Shown here: positions 14,301 to 24,245 of the stretch, in pieces | How the letters are laid out: each line of letters starts with the position of its first letter | Numbering within the stretch: position 1 is the first letter of the stretch | Assembly (NCBI GenBank): GCA_032718475.1 | Contig: JAUCBJ010003380.1 | Span: forward strand, 1-37,257 | Origin: Nemertoderma westbladi | Taxonomy: Eukaryota; Animalia; Xenacoelomorpha | Direction: 5' to 3' | Length of the DNA stretch: 37,257 nucleotides | Notes under the pieces: model-generated | The model's database searches: none | What the model was told of the DNA's origin: nothing | Seen by the model: the letters and a program-made list of their open reading frames with translations, nothing else | Translations under genes and position numbers: made by a program

Positions 14301-15372
14301 TTCTAACCAAAACAATAAACAGTCACTTTACCAAATCAGGGAAAGGAGCAGGTTACAGAGACGGGATTTTCTAACCAAAACAATAAACGATAACATTACC
14401 AATTGAAAGAAAGGAGCAGGTTACAGAGGCGGGATTTCCTAACCAAAACAATAAACGATCACTTAACTAATTGAGGGAAAGGGGCAGGTTACAGAGGCGG
14501 GATTTTCTAACCAAAACAACCGGTAGCCGGTAGGCCTACCAGTACCGCATTTAAATGGTTGGCTACACAGTAGGCCTACAGCAGTACCGGTGCCGGTACC
14601 GGTACTAAAATACCTAAAATACCTGCTTTTACCTACATCTGTACATGCAATACTGCAAAATAGTGCTCTATATACTAATACCGGTGCTAATAGCCTGAGA
14701 GAACAGCAGTAGAGAAACCGGTAGCATGGAACCTAACGGTAAATATCTGGATGACATAAAAAGTAAAAAAAAAACTAATACCGGTACTGATAGCCTGAGA
14801 GAACAGCAGTAGAGAAACCGGTAGCATGGAACCTAACGGTAGATTTCTGGAGGACATAAAAAGTAAAAAAAAGGACAAAAAAGGATTTAAACGGACAATA
14901 AAAATTATTGCGATATAGAATATATGTATAATTAAATTAAATATATCTAGGATATCTATAATATAATTTTATAATAATGTTTATCATGAATTCTCGCTTA
15001 TTGTTAAATCTGATTGGATAAACAATAGGGTGATATAACTCTATATTATTAATATTTATTTTATTTTTATAACTTTTGGAGGCGTTATTTAGTATATCTA
15101 GGTATTTACTTTAATCATTTTAGATACAATTTGTTGCTGTTTGCGGGCGGCTTCTAATCGCATTGTTCATCAACTGTGGATTCCCGATTTCATATCAACT
15201 GTGGTTACTTATGTACATGGTGTCATTGATTATATTGTTTCTAAACTTCTACAAGGCAACCTATAAACAACCCATAAATCGTGGCGGTTGTGACAATCAG
15301 CATATAAATAGTACAGATAAAAAAACAACTGGTTATACATCCAACGGAACTCTATCTAAAAAGTATCAATAA
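3008..15372 (+). CDS. ELOVL4: Elongation of very long chain fatty acids protein (ELOVL4/7-like), spliced gene: join(3008..3038,5472..5659,7132..7269,11412..11526,13391..13518,15124..15372)
   Basis: Exons total 849 nt (282 aa plus stop). All introns are GT-AG with compatible phases. ELO motifs [39 protein letters not shown] and LFLNFY are present, with a C-terminal KKYQ di-lysine ER signal. Family call is secure; the paralogue name is tentative. Confidence 0.93.
3452..4022. mobile_element. Solo LTR, 571 bp, in ELOVL intron 1
   Basis: TGT...ACA termini flanked by perfect 5-bp TSD ATACT (3447-3451, 4023-4027); GC-richer than the flanks. Confidence 0.85.
4458..4744. repeat. Tandem duplication, period about 146 bp, 2 copies
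   Basis: AGATGGACACTCGTATCCACTG starts at 4458 and 4604. Confidence 0.9.
5472..5659 (+). CDS. ELOVL4: ELOVL exon 2 ([13 protein letters not shown]...GPKFM...YNFALV...FIE)
   Basis: TTTCAG acceptor, GTAAGT donor, 188 nt, typical ELOVL N-terminal motifs. Confidence 0.95.
6328..7025. repeat. Tandem duplication, period about 350 bp, each copy with a (CAGT)n tract; probably a non-autonomous element
   Basis: CCTACTAGTAAAACTT starts at 6328 and 6678; copies are near-identical. Confidence 0.88.
7132..7269 (+). CDS. ELOVL4: ELOVL exon 3 ([14 protein letters not shown]...SKLVELMDT)
   Basis: CTTTAG acceptor, GTAAGT donor, 138 nt, KxxExxDT motif. Confidence 0.95.
7295..7433. repeat. 3 tandem copies of a 44-50 bp unit (TAGGCCTACAGTAAC...GCGATA)
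   Basis: Units start at 7295, 7345 and 7389. Confidence 0.85.
7438..11339 (+). mobile_element. Decayed non-LTR retrotransposon (L2/CR1 group), APE endonuclease + RT, in ELOVL intron 3
   Basis: Endonuclease motifs [21 protein letters not shown] and ISDH. RT motifs [25 protein letters not shown] and YADDTQLY. Many stops and frameshifts. (ATT)n tail at about 11299-11340. Candidate TSD TATAGTC at 7431-7437 and 11340-11346. Confidence 0.92.
7506..8150 (+). repeat. 30-bp minisatellite (about 20 units) reading [10 protein letters not shown], inside the LINE 5' region
   Basis: GGCACCCACCAATGTAACAGACACCCCACT-type units. Confidence 0.92.
11412..11526 (+). CDS. ELOVL4: ELOVL exon 4 ([20 protein letters not shown]...PGGE)
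   Basis: TTTAG acceptor, G|GTAGGT donor, 115 nt, HxxHH histidine box. Confidence 0.96.
11836..12741. mobile_element. Fold-back MITE, about 900 bp with about 400-bp imperfect inverted arms
   Basis: CCTGGAATATAGTGTCGTTATTCAGGTACCTGCC (11840) is mirrored by GGCAGGTACCTGAATAACGACACTATATTCCAGG (ends 12737); the arms stay complementary far inward. Exact termini are uncertain by a few bp. Confidence 0.88.
12780..12851 (-). pseudogene. tRNA-like sequence (SINE head or tRNA pseudogene)
   Basis: Minus strand has A box TAGCTGAATGGT and B box GGTTCGATCC, and a CT-TCC-AA loop, but the acceptor and anticodon stems pair poorly. Confidence 0.65.
13391..13518 (+). CDS. ELOVL4: ELOVL exon 5 ([19 protein letters not shown]...[12 protein letters not shown])
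   Basis: TTTCAG acceptor, GTAAGT donor, 128 nt, NxxxHxxMYxYY motif. Confidence 0.96.
14015..14520. repeat. About 68-bp tandem array (about 7 units)
   Basis: GGAAAGGAGCAGGTTACAGAGGCGGGATTTTCTAACCAAAACAATAAAC core recurs with alternating tails. Confidence 0.9.
14674..14872. repeat. 100-bp tandem duplication
   Basis: ACTAATACCGGT starts at 14674 and 14774. Confidence 0.9.
15124..15372 (+). CDS. ELOVL4: ELOVL last coding exon (IQFVAV...NCGFP...LFLNFY...KKYQ*)
   Basis: TTTTAG acceptor, phase 0, stop TAA ends at 15372 and overlaps an AATAAA. Confidence 0.95.
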   Translation: MQFVAVCGRLLIALFINCGFPISYQLWLLMYMVSLIILFLNFYKATYKQPINRGGCDNQHINSTDKKTTGYTSNGTLSKKYQ

Positions 15373-15900
15373 ACAATTAGCAATTAGTAACTAATTCGAT
15401 TAGCTACCGTAGACACATGAGCGTCATAATTATTTAAAGCCACAAACGCACCAGCAGTAGTCACTTTCAACGCCCCCCCTCGTGGTTGCATAAATAATCT
15501 ATTCCCCATTGTGTGACGGCATTACATAATCTCATGTGGGTTCTACCCCCACTCGCCACCCCCCTATTTTTTGTTACCGTCGATATTGCAGTTATTATTC
15601 AACCTTATGTGGTTTATTGGTAAAGATTAAGTTGCAGGTATTTTAATAAAAAAAAAATGAATTTGGATACCAAATAACTGAGATATGGGATTGGTAAAAT
15701 TGCATGATTTTGCATCCACTGCAAGCCATTTATTAGATTTAAAAATACAGATAATTCTGGAACATTTTTTATCTCATAAGTAGCCGGCCAACTACTAATT
15801 AAACTATATCACAGTAGTATACATATACATAGCATATTCTAAAACATTCGAACGATGTTCTAGAATATTGTGCACGAATATATGGCCTCCAGCAGAGGCA

Positions 15901-16563
15901 AAAACAACGCCCATAGCCCAAACAACGCCCATAGACCAAACAACGCCCATAGTTCAAACAACACCCAAAGCTCAAACAACGCCCATAGCTCAAACAACGC
16001 CCATAGCTCAAATCAACGTCCAGAGCTCAAACAACACCCGTAGCCCATACAACGCCCATATCTCAAACAATGCCCATAGATCAAACAACGCCCATATCTC
16101 AAACAACGCCCATATCTCAAACAACGCCCTTACCCCAAACAACGCCCAGAGCTCAAACACCGCCCATATCTCAAACAACGCCCGTAGCCCAAACAACGTC
16201 CATAGCTCAAACCACGCCGGTAGCCCAAACTACGCCCATAGCTCAAACAACGCCCATAGATCAAACAACGCCCATAGCTCAAACAACGCCCAGAGCTCAA
16301 ACAACACCGGTAGCCCAAACAATGCCCATATCTCAAACAACGCCCATAGATCAAACAACGCCCAAAGCTCAAACAACGCCCAGAGCTCAAACAACGCCCA
16401 GAGCTCAAACAACGCCCAGAGCTCAAACAACACCGGTAGCCCAAACAACGCCCATATCTCAAACAACGCCCATAGATCAAACAACGCCCATAGTTCAAAC
16501 AACGCCCAGAGCTCAAACAACGCCCAGAGCTCAAACAACGCCGTTAGCCCAAACAACGCCCAT
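15901..16563. repeat. 18-bp minisatellite, about 37 units (CAAACAACGCCCATAGCT)
   Basis: Periodicity is directly visible and explains the overlapping repetitive ORFs on both strands. Confidence 0.95.
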
Positions 16564-18759
16564 AAGGATTTGAGCTCTGGTTGGGCTAAAGCTGCTTCCT
16601 CTCTCTCATCCATTTCGATGTGCTTCTCCTCGAGCTGATTCTCCTCTGCTTGTCGTTGGAAGCGTTTGTCCAAGAACTCTTGTAGAGAGTAGGTTCGTCC
16701 AAGTTCGATATCTTCCTCAAGATTCTGGATTTCCCGATCGAACTGAGGTAAAGCCAATTGCTTTACCGCTTGGACTTGTTGTTGCAATTTACGTTTGTCT
16801 AAATAATCGTAAATTCCTTTTCCGATCTTTTGCCGAATAGCGTCTAGCGCATTTCGTACAACACTTTCCTCCACTTCGGTGACAGGTTGTATCGGAGTTA
16901 AACCGGGACGATTATAAGATAAGTAAGATAAGATAAGATAAGTAAATCTTTAATGTCTGGGGCTTTCGCCCCCAGCCGCTATGCGACTTATCAGACAAAT
17001 TGACACAAATCACAATGGATAACTGACAGCAAAACCAACAAACCGCACCGAAACAAACAGCACCTGAATATACCGCACAAACTCTACCTAAACAAACACT
17101 AACTAAATATATAAAAAAAAAAATAATGCACTGTGCCCTAAAGGCCCTACCAAAAATATATAATACAAAAATATGAGCTGGGTCCTTACCATGTTATTTG
17201 TTAATTTCTGAGAATTCTAATTTTTTATTTTATTATAATTATTATTATTATTTTTTTTTTATGTCTAATTTTATTGTATTTCTATTTTATTTACTTATTT
17301 AGTAAATCCTGTCTCTGTATCCATAACTCCCTAGTTGCTTTAGCTAGTTTTAATTGATTATTTTCCATGAGCCTTACAAGACGATCACACGAGAGATCGG
17401 TTCCGTTCAACAATTCTCCTCTTTGAAGGGCTGGACACTCAAAAAGAAAGTGAACCTCGGACTCGATATTCTGAGTGTTACATTGCCGACAGACCCTGTC
17501 GTTCAATGCCTTTCCCTGGAACCTTCCAGTCTCAATTGCTAGTGGAAGTATCCCGCAACGGAGCTGCGCCATTGTTGAACGTATCGACTTGTTCAGGCTA
17601 CTTTTAACGTAGGGTTCTACTGTAAATGATGATTTAAAGGTTCTATAGGTTCTAAGTTTTGGCTTTAAATCAATAAATTATAAGTGTAATTATAAGGGTT
17701 GAACGGCGATATTAGATGTCCCCGTCCCAATCCGGCTAGGTAGGATGGGCGAATATCTAGAGAGCCCACAACCGGAGTGCCACCGACTAAGTGTTCGGGT
17801 AACACTAGATATTTGAACAATGAGTACAATTCAGGAGGATCCGTCATACTATTAGGATCAAGAGTCTGAGGTCGCACTAGGGAATGAGGAGGTCTGACCG
17901 AGTATTCCGGAACTCTGATCATAGGTTTATTTAAGGATCGTTTGAGTCGAGCGAGCGTAGGTGATACATCGAACAAGTTTCGCTCGAAACTCCCGTAAGT
18001 ATAGCGAGTAAAACTGTGTTTAGCGCAACGTCTCCGCGGATTTTTACGTCTTTCCGTTTGTTGGTTGGGTCTAGGGCATTCATCGCAGTAATACCAAAGA
18101 CGCACGTCTTGTAGGGGAAACGCTGGTGATCTTTCTCCAGTTTTACAATATTCCTCCATCTGTTCGAAGCTATCCGGTACAACAGGTAACGGTCGATCGG
18201 CGGTAAGATACATCATAGTAAAATAGAGTCGTTTGAGTTCTATCATAGGGTTATGATGTATACCTTGAGGATATCGAGTTTCTAGATTTTGTTGACTGGC
18301 TACATTGAGATAAGTTTCTCTCAAGAATTCTAAATATTCGTTGAAGTCACTGCGTTTATCCGGCTCTTCAACATCTTCTCTTTCGAGTCGGTTTCGAATA
18401 GAATTTTCATGTTCAATTCTCAGTTTATCATTCCGACTCCGCTGGGCATGATATTTAAATAGAATAATTTCCCTTTCAGTATCTACATCGTCTGTATCGT
18501 GTAAATCGATAGGATGACCAGTAGTTAAGAAGTCCATATACGTACCATTACGATGCGTATAGCGAGCGGTGAATTTTCTATAGTCCAATTCACGCTTGAG
18601 CTGTTCCTTTGACATTGGCGGTTCGATATAACGGCCATCGTCTTCCGTAGTATGTTGACTAGCGTCGCCGCTTATCAAACTATCAACAAACGCTTGCAGT
18701 GGTAGGGTATATCGCTCCCTGATACCAAGATCATCTTCTATCAGGGAAATGGGGCGAAA
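16230..18759 (-). pseudogene. Intronless ORF of unknown function, split by a LINE insertion
   Basis: ORFs 17665..18678 and 16230..16874 join in frame (SPFNPYN-RPGLTPIQPVTE-VEESVV) when 16919-17696 is removed. The frame is open upstream to about 18759; the first ATG is at 18615. Confidence 0.75.
16919..17688 (-). mobile_element. 5'-truncated LINE 3' end (770 bp)
   Basis: KPKLRTY..FK..EPY and LRCGILPLAIETGRF..RVCRQC..IESEVHFLFECP are typical post-RT C-terminal LINE motifs. (CTTAT)n tail on the minus strand. TSD ATTATAAG at 16911-16918 and 17689-17696. Confidence 0.9.
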
Positions 18760-19656
18760 TTATTGGATTTAATTAATTAAAAAATGTAAAGTGTGTCTTC
18801 TAATAATATCGATCTTATTAGAAAGCGAGGTTTTGTAGATTGTTTGATAATTTTGATATATTATACGCTGATAAATTCGTCTTTTTCGTTATTTTCGGGT
18901 TTTATAACTATCCTTATTTATTTTATAAGTTGATTGGCAACAGCGGTAATCCTATCCAATATATCTATTGCGTAGCTATTCATACTTAAACAAAATGTTC
19001 CAGAACATATCCAATGAAAAACTAGTATAATATCCAAATCCATAAAACCAAAATTAAATATAAAACTGCACCAGCATCCCACCACCAATCAGAACAAAAC
19101 AATTAAGACAATAAAATTTAACATACAATTAAAAATGGTGCACCGTGAATTAATAATGGTCTGCGAGGTCATTCCCCCGCAGACCCGCACCATCCCCAAA
19201 GCCCAGCGCCCTCCAGGGACGCTGGCCACCACGCAGAAAGAGGGAGTTAGAGCGGAGGAGCGCGAACTGAAGCCGCCTCCGAACTCCCCCGAGAACCCAG
19301 AACATTGTGTATTTATTAAATAGAATAAATGGCATCTAGCGAACAATAATTCTTGCAATCTTTGAACGCCTATATCTCAGCTGTTTTTCAACGAAATTCA
19401 GATATTGTTACATATTTGGAATCCTTGCAACGCAACGCTTTTAAATGATATGAAAAAATTACGACTAATGTGAAGAATGTCCACGATACGGGGGGTTCGA
19501 TCGAAAAAAGCATAAAAAGTAAAGTTTAGAAGCGTTGATCAAGGTTAATATTATTACTTGAATTTCATAAAACCATAGGAAAACATTCAAAGGATTCAAG
19601 ATTCGAAAACATACTCATTAATAAAATATCGGAGTCAATTGTCCGGGGGGCAATTG

Positions 19657-19800
19657 AGTCATTCAGTGGATCAGTTAGTAGAGCGTGGAACTTGGTCTAG
19701 GTCTAGGTCGCGAGTTCAATCCCTCTTTCCGGTGAACTGTTCTTGGTAGTAAGCCATACAAGTAGACAGTTCATGCGTTAGTAGACGCGGACCTTTGCGC
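19657..19800 (+). mobile_element. Probable tRNA-derived SINE remnant
   Basis: A-box-like TGGATCAGTTAG and B box GAGTTCAATCC (19712-19722) at tRNA-like spacing; no clean cloverleaf; 3' limit uncertain. Confidence 0.5.
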
Positions 19801-20577
19801 GATTTCACGCTTGTTTGTTATCATCCTCCTCAGACATGTGATAAGACATATTCCTTCTCCTCGACATTCGAAACATTGAAGATACAGTATATCCTCACAG
19901 TGTTATAGAACTTATCAAACCCCTAAATCGTAAAAATGTTGCGAACCATTTTGGTGCTGACAAATTTCACATTTATAAGATTTCGATGGAAATATGTATG
20001 AAATTATACATGTATCTAGTAGAGTTGTTGTCCAATGCCTATGCTTATTAATATAACGCATAATATTTTTTTTTTATGTTATTTTCAAGTCGGTGTGAAA
20101 TAAAGTAAAACTTATCCCTTATAACCTAAAACACAAAAAAAAAACAAGTAGTTACTTAAGCACTCTAGTTAAATAACTCAAGTTAGTTGGAGGATAGGAA
20201 TAACGCAAAGTCACAGATTGTAGCAGATAATTTACGATTATTAAATAAATCTGACACCCTGCCATATGCGAGGTGGTGACGTTTCTTATACAGTTGTATA
20301 TATAGTTGGTTCGTTCAACACACTCCACGTCACGGCCACGGGTCTTATAGTTTTTATTAATATCTATCAATTATTTTGTTAACAGAAAAGTCGGAAATAT
20401 TGAGAAAAAAAGCAACAGTAAATCAAGGTAGGCTAAAATACTATATTAAACGCTTTATTATGACGCTCTATTTGCTCCGGACAGAGGAGCACTACTGCAA
20501 AGTAAAACAAAGTCTCCAGTATATTTTTAGTCAGAAATTTCCTATATTAAGTTAACAGTCAAAAAAAGAATCAGGGC

Positions 20578-20885
20578 GGGAAAACTGGACGCAAAACCCG
20601 CCTTGGCGAATTAATATCCCGTCTCAATGTTAAATTCTCAATTTAGGGAAAGGAGCAGGTTACAGCGGCACGTTGTTTTAGCCAAAACAATAAACTAAAC
20701 ACAAGCAGCCTTAACATCATTATGCCCTATAGTGAGGAGTCTGTTACAGTAGGCCTACTACTGTTTGAGTCTATATTCTTTCTGAGGAAAAACAATAAAC
20801 TAAACACAATAAGGTTACAGTTTTATTTTTGAGAGCAATCAGTTATTATTCCCCTGGAGAGGGATGAATTTTTATTGCGTCCAGT
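20578..20885. mobile_element. Second copy of the 1528-1756 MITE, with internal insertion
   Basis: AACTGGACGCAAAACCCGCCTTGGCGAATTAATATCCC start and TTATTGCGTCCAGT end shared with the first copy. Confidence 0.75.
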
Positions 20886-21450
20886 AATGAATTATCCAAT
20901 AAACATCCGCAGGTTTAAAAGAAAATCCCTGGAATGATGACTTCGGCACAGAGATTAGCGGTTATTTACTTATTTTGTTTTGGTGTTTTGACATTTGCAG
21001 AACGCAGGTAGAGTATAACAACACGAAGTGGGGCCTTCGCGCAGCACGTGACTTAAATTTAATTTAAGTACTAATTCGAAAGTATTACTGTATTAGGATA
21101 TTATTGGAATGTGGTGTGGAATATTAGGAATGTATATGAATCAGCAGTCCGGTAGAGGTTTACATATTTAAAAGAACTGCCGAAATATAAGTTATAATGA
21201 GTATTATTTGTTATGATTTCTACCATTATATTCTTCCACGCACGCAAAGTTCCTAGTCCTATAGGTCCAATCAAAACATTCTGTATATTGCCAATGGTTC
21301 AACGTAATCAAAGAGACGACTCTAGACACGCACGCAGCCAATCCCAGTGAAAAATGCACGCAAATAAGTAGTCATAAGTGATAATTCTAGAAAGGCTTTT
21401 CTGCGAATGTAGGCTATTGTGTAATTCATTTCAGTACCGGTCTGCCTAAC

Positions 21451-21695
21451 TGTCTGCACCAGGTGTCTGCACCAGGTGTCTGCACCAGGTGTCTGCACTA
21501 GGTGTCTGCACCAGGTGTCTGCACCAGGTGTCTGCACCAGGTGTCTGCACCAGGTGTCTGCACCCACCAGGTGTCTGCACCAGGTGTCTGCACCAGGTGT
21601 CTGCACCAGGTGTCTGCACCAGGTGTCTGCACCAGGTGTCTGCACCAGTTGTCTGCACCAGGTGTCTGCACCAGGTGTCTGCACCAGGTGTCTGC
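21451..21695. repeat. 13-bp minisatellite (GTCTGCACCAGGT)n
   Basis: About 19 near-perfect units. Confidence 0.95.
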
Positions 21696-22723
21696 TTAAC
21701 GTTTACACCCCAATTCCGCTTGGTTTATATCTTGATTATCAATAAAATAGTAACGTGAAATATTTATGGAGCGTATATTTGAGAATGTTGAAATAATGCG
21801 TTTAGTAGTGTGACCAGCGTCTTGAATTTCCGCTTACCTCTAGCGGCAGACTGGAGAAATGCAGATCGACCACCTTCCTCAGAAAGACGCAGCATGTGCT
21901 CTAGTACATATGCCAATATTCACTTTAAATAAATTAATATCAAGGAATTGGGGACAGTTATACATTTCGCCCTCTAGCGGCAGACTGGAGGACTCCAGAC
22001 CGTTTACTGCCCACCAAAGACTCAGGCCGACTTCTACTACATATCTGCTATGTTTCAGCTTGAACGGATCATAAATAACGAGATGGGAGAAAGATTTGAC
22101 TTTCAAACATTTCGCCCTCTAGCGGCAGACTGAAGAACTGCACACGGATTAGCCTTCAATTCAATTCAATTCAATTCCTTCTTTCAAAGTCACAGCTAAT
22201 GGTCTAGTACATATCTGCCAAATTTCAGCATAAATGGATTAAAAGCAAATAAATGGGAGGACATTTAACGTTTAGACATGTGGCCCTCTAGCAGGAGACT
22301 ATTGCTCTGATGGTGTCTCACGTCTCAACTTTAGCTCATATTGATACCTACAAATTTTCAACTTGGCAGCTTTAAATCCGACAAAGTTATTAGCATGTCA
22401 AAATCGTAACGACGACAACGATTTCACTTTCAGACCTTTGGCCCTCTAGCGGCAGACTGGAGAACTGCAGATGGATTCGCCTCCTTTGAAAGTCACAGCT
22501 AATGGTCTAATACATATCTGCCAAGTTTCAGCTTCAACGGATTAAAAGCAAAGAAATGGGAGGGCATTTAATGTTTAGACATGTGGCCCTCTAGCGGGAG
22601 ACCATTGCACTGATGGTGTCTGAAAGTCTCTCAAAAATCTCAACTTTTGCTCATATTGATACCTACAAATTTTCAACTTGGCAGCTTTAAATCCGACAAA
22701 GTTATTAGCATGTCAAAATCGTA

Positions 22724-22755
<32 letters not shown>

Positions 22756-22773
22756 AACGACGACGACGACGAC

Positions 22774-22805
<32 letters not shown>

Positions 22806-22916
22806 CAACGACGACGACGACGACGACAACTATTTGCATAAATTGACCCACCCCCTAACAGTGTCAATTCGCTAAGGCTCCGCCAACTTCGTGGCTCGCC
22901 CCACGACGACAACGAC

Positions 22917-22948
<32 letters not shown>

Positions 22949-22952
22949 CAAC
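22724..22952. repeat. (GAC)n/(AAC) microsatellite in two blocks
   Basis: Directly visible; blocks are separated by a duplicated element end. Confidence 0.93.
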
Positions 22953-23024
22953 TATTTGCATAAATTGACCCACCCCCTAACAGTGTCAATTCGCTAAGGC
23001 TCCGCCAACTTCGTGGCTCGCCCC

Positions 23025-24245
23025 ACATACACTTAGTAATCTAAAATAATTTTATTAGTAGTCTACAGTAATGTAACGCAGGTAGAGTATAACAACATAC
23101 ATTTAGTAATCTAAAATAATTTTATTAGTAGTCTACAGTAATGTAACGCAGGTAGAGTATAACAACACACACTTAGTAATCTAAAATAATTTTATTAGTA
23201 GTCTACAGTAATGTAACGCAGGTAGAGTATAACAACATACACTTAGTAATCTAAAATAATTTTATTAGTAGTCTACAGTAATGTAACGCAGGTAGAGTAT
23301 AACAACATACACTTAGTAATCCAAAATAATTTTATTAGTAGTCTACAGTAATGTAACGCAGGTAGAGTATAACAACACACACTTAGTAATCTAAAATAAT
23401 TTTATTAGTAGTCTACAGTAATGTAACGCAGGTAGAGTATAACAACATACATTTAGTAATCTAAAATAATTTTATTAGTAGTCTACAGTAATGTAACGCA
23501 GGTAGAGTATAACAACACACACTTAGTAATCTAAAATAATTTTATTAGTAGTCTACAGTAATGTAACGCAGGTAGAGTATAACAACATACATTTAGTAAT
23601 CTAAAATAATTTTATTAGTAGTCTACAGTAATGTAACGCAGGTAGAGTATAACAACATACACTTAGTAATCTAAAATAATTTTATTAGTAGTCTACAGTA
23701 ATGTAACGCAGGTAGAGTATAACAACATACACTTAGTAATCCAAAATAATTTTATTAGTAGTCTACAGTAATGTAACGCAGGTAGAGTATAACAACACAC
23801 ACTTAGTAATCTAAAATAATTTTATTAGTAGTCTACAGTAATGTAACGCAGGTAGAGTATAACAACATACACTTAGTAATCTAAAATAATTTTATTAGTA
23901 GTCTACAGTAATGTAACGCAGGTAGAGTATAACAACATACACTTAGTAATCTAAAATAATTTTATTAGTAGTCTACAGTAATGTAACGCAGGTAGAGTAT
24001 AACAACATACACTTAGTAATCTAAAATAATTTTATTAGTAGTCTACAGTAATGTAACGCAGGTAGAGTATAACAACATACACTTAGTAATCTAAAATAAT
24101 TTTATTAGTAGTCTACAGTAATGTAACGCAGGTAGAGTATAACAACATACACTTAGTAATCTAAAATAATTTTATTAGTAGTCTACAGTAATGTAACGCA
24201 GGTAGAGTATAACAACATACACTTAGTAATCTAAAATAATTTTAT
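23025..24245. repeat. 70-bp satellite array, about 17 near-identical units
   Basis: Unit AACAACATACACTTAGTAATCTAAAATAATTTTATTAGTAGTCTACAGTAATGTAACGCAGGTAGAGTAT with rare single-base variants. Confidence 0.97.

Larger units (their letters stand above)
13596..14912. mobile_element. Non-autonomous Mutator (MULE)-like element, 1317 bp, in ELOVL intron 5
   Basis: Imperfect TIRs GGCAGTGATTTTTTAATGTCC / GGACAATAAAAATTATTGCG with perfect 9-bp TSD ATATAGAAT (13587-13595, 14913-14921). A related terminus occurs near 1907. Confidence 0.78.
21021..23024. mobile_element. About 2-kb non-autonomous element, Helentron-like, with internal repeats and (GAC)n
   Basis: It splits a satellite unit (GAGTATAACA|ACATAC). 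CACGAAGT near the left end is inverted as ACTTCGTG near the right end. Repeated CCCTCTAGCGGCAGACTG cores; the 3' end is duplicated. Confidence 0.6.

Noticed and set aside
15868-16638. Plus-strand 256-aa and 167-aa repetitive proteins
   Set aside because: They follow from an 18-bp repeat being open in several frames; no independent coding evidence.
21322-22951. ORFs with TPGADTWCRHLVQ, poly-D and poly-R tracts
   Set aside because: Translations of the 13-bp and GAC repeats.
23025-24245. CRISPR-like array (also considered for 25288-25584 and 27761-28053)
   Set aside because: Units are head-to-tail with no unique spacers, there are no cas genes, and the context is eukaryotic.
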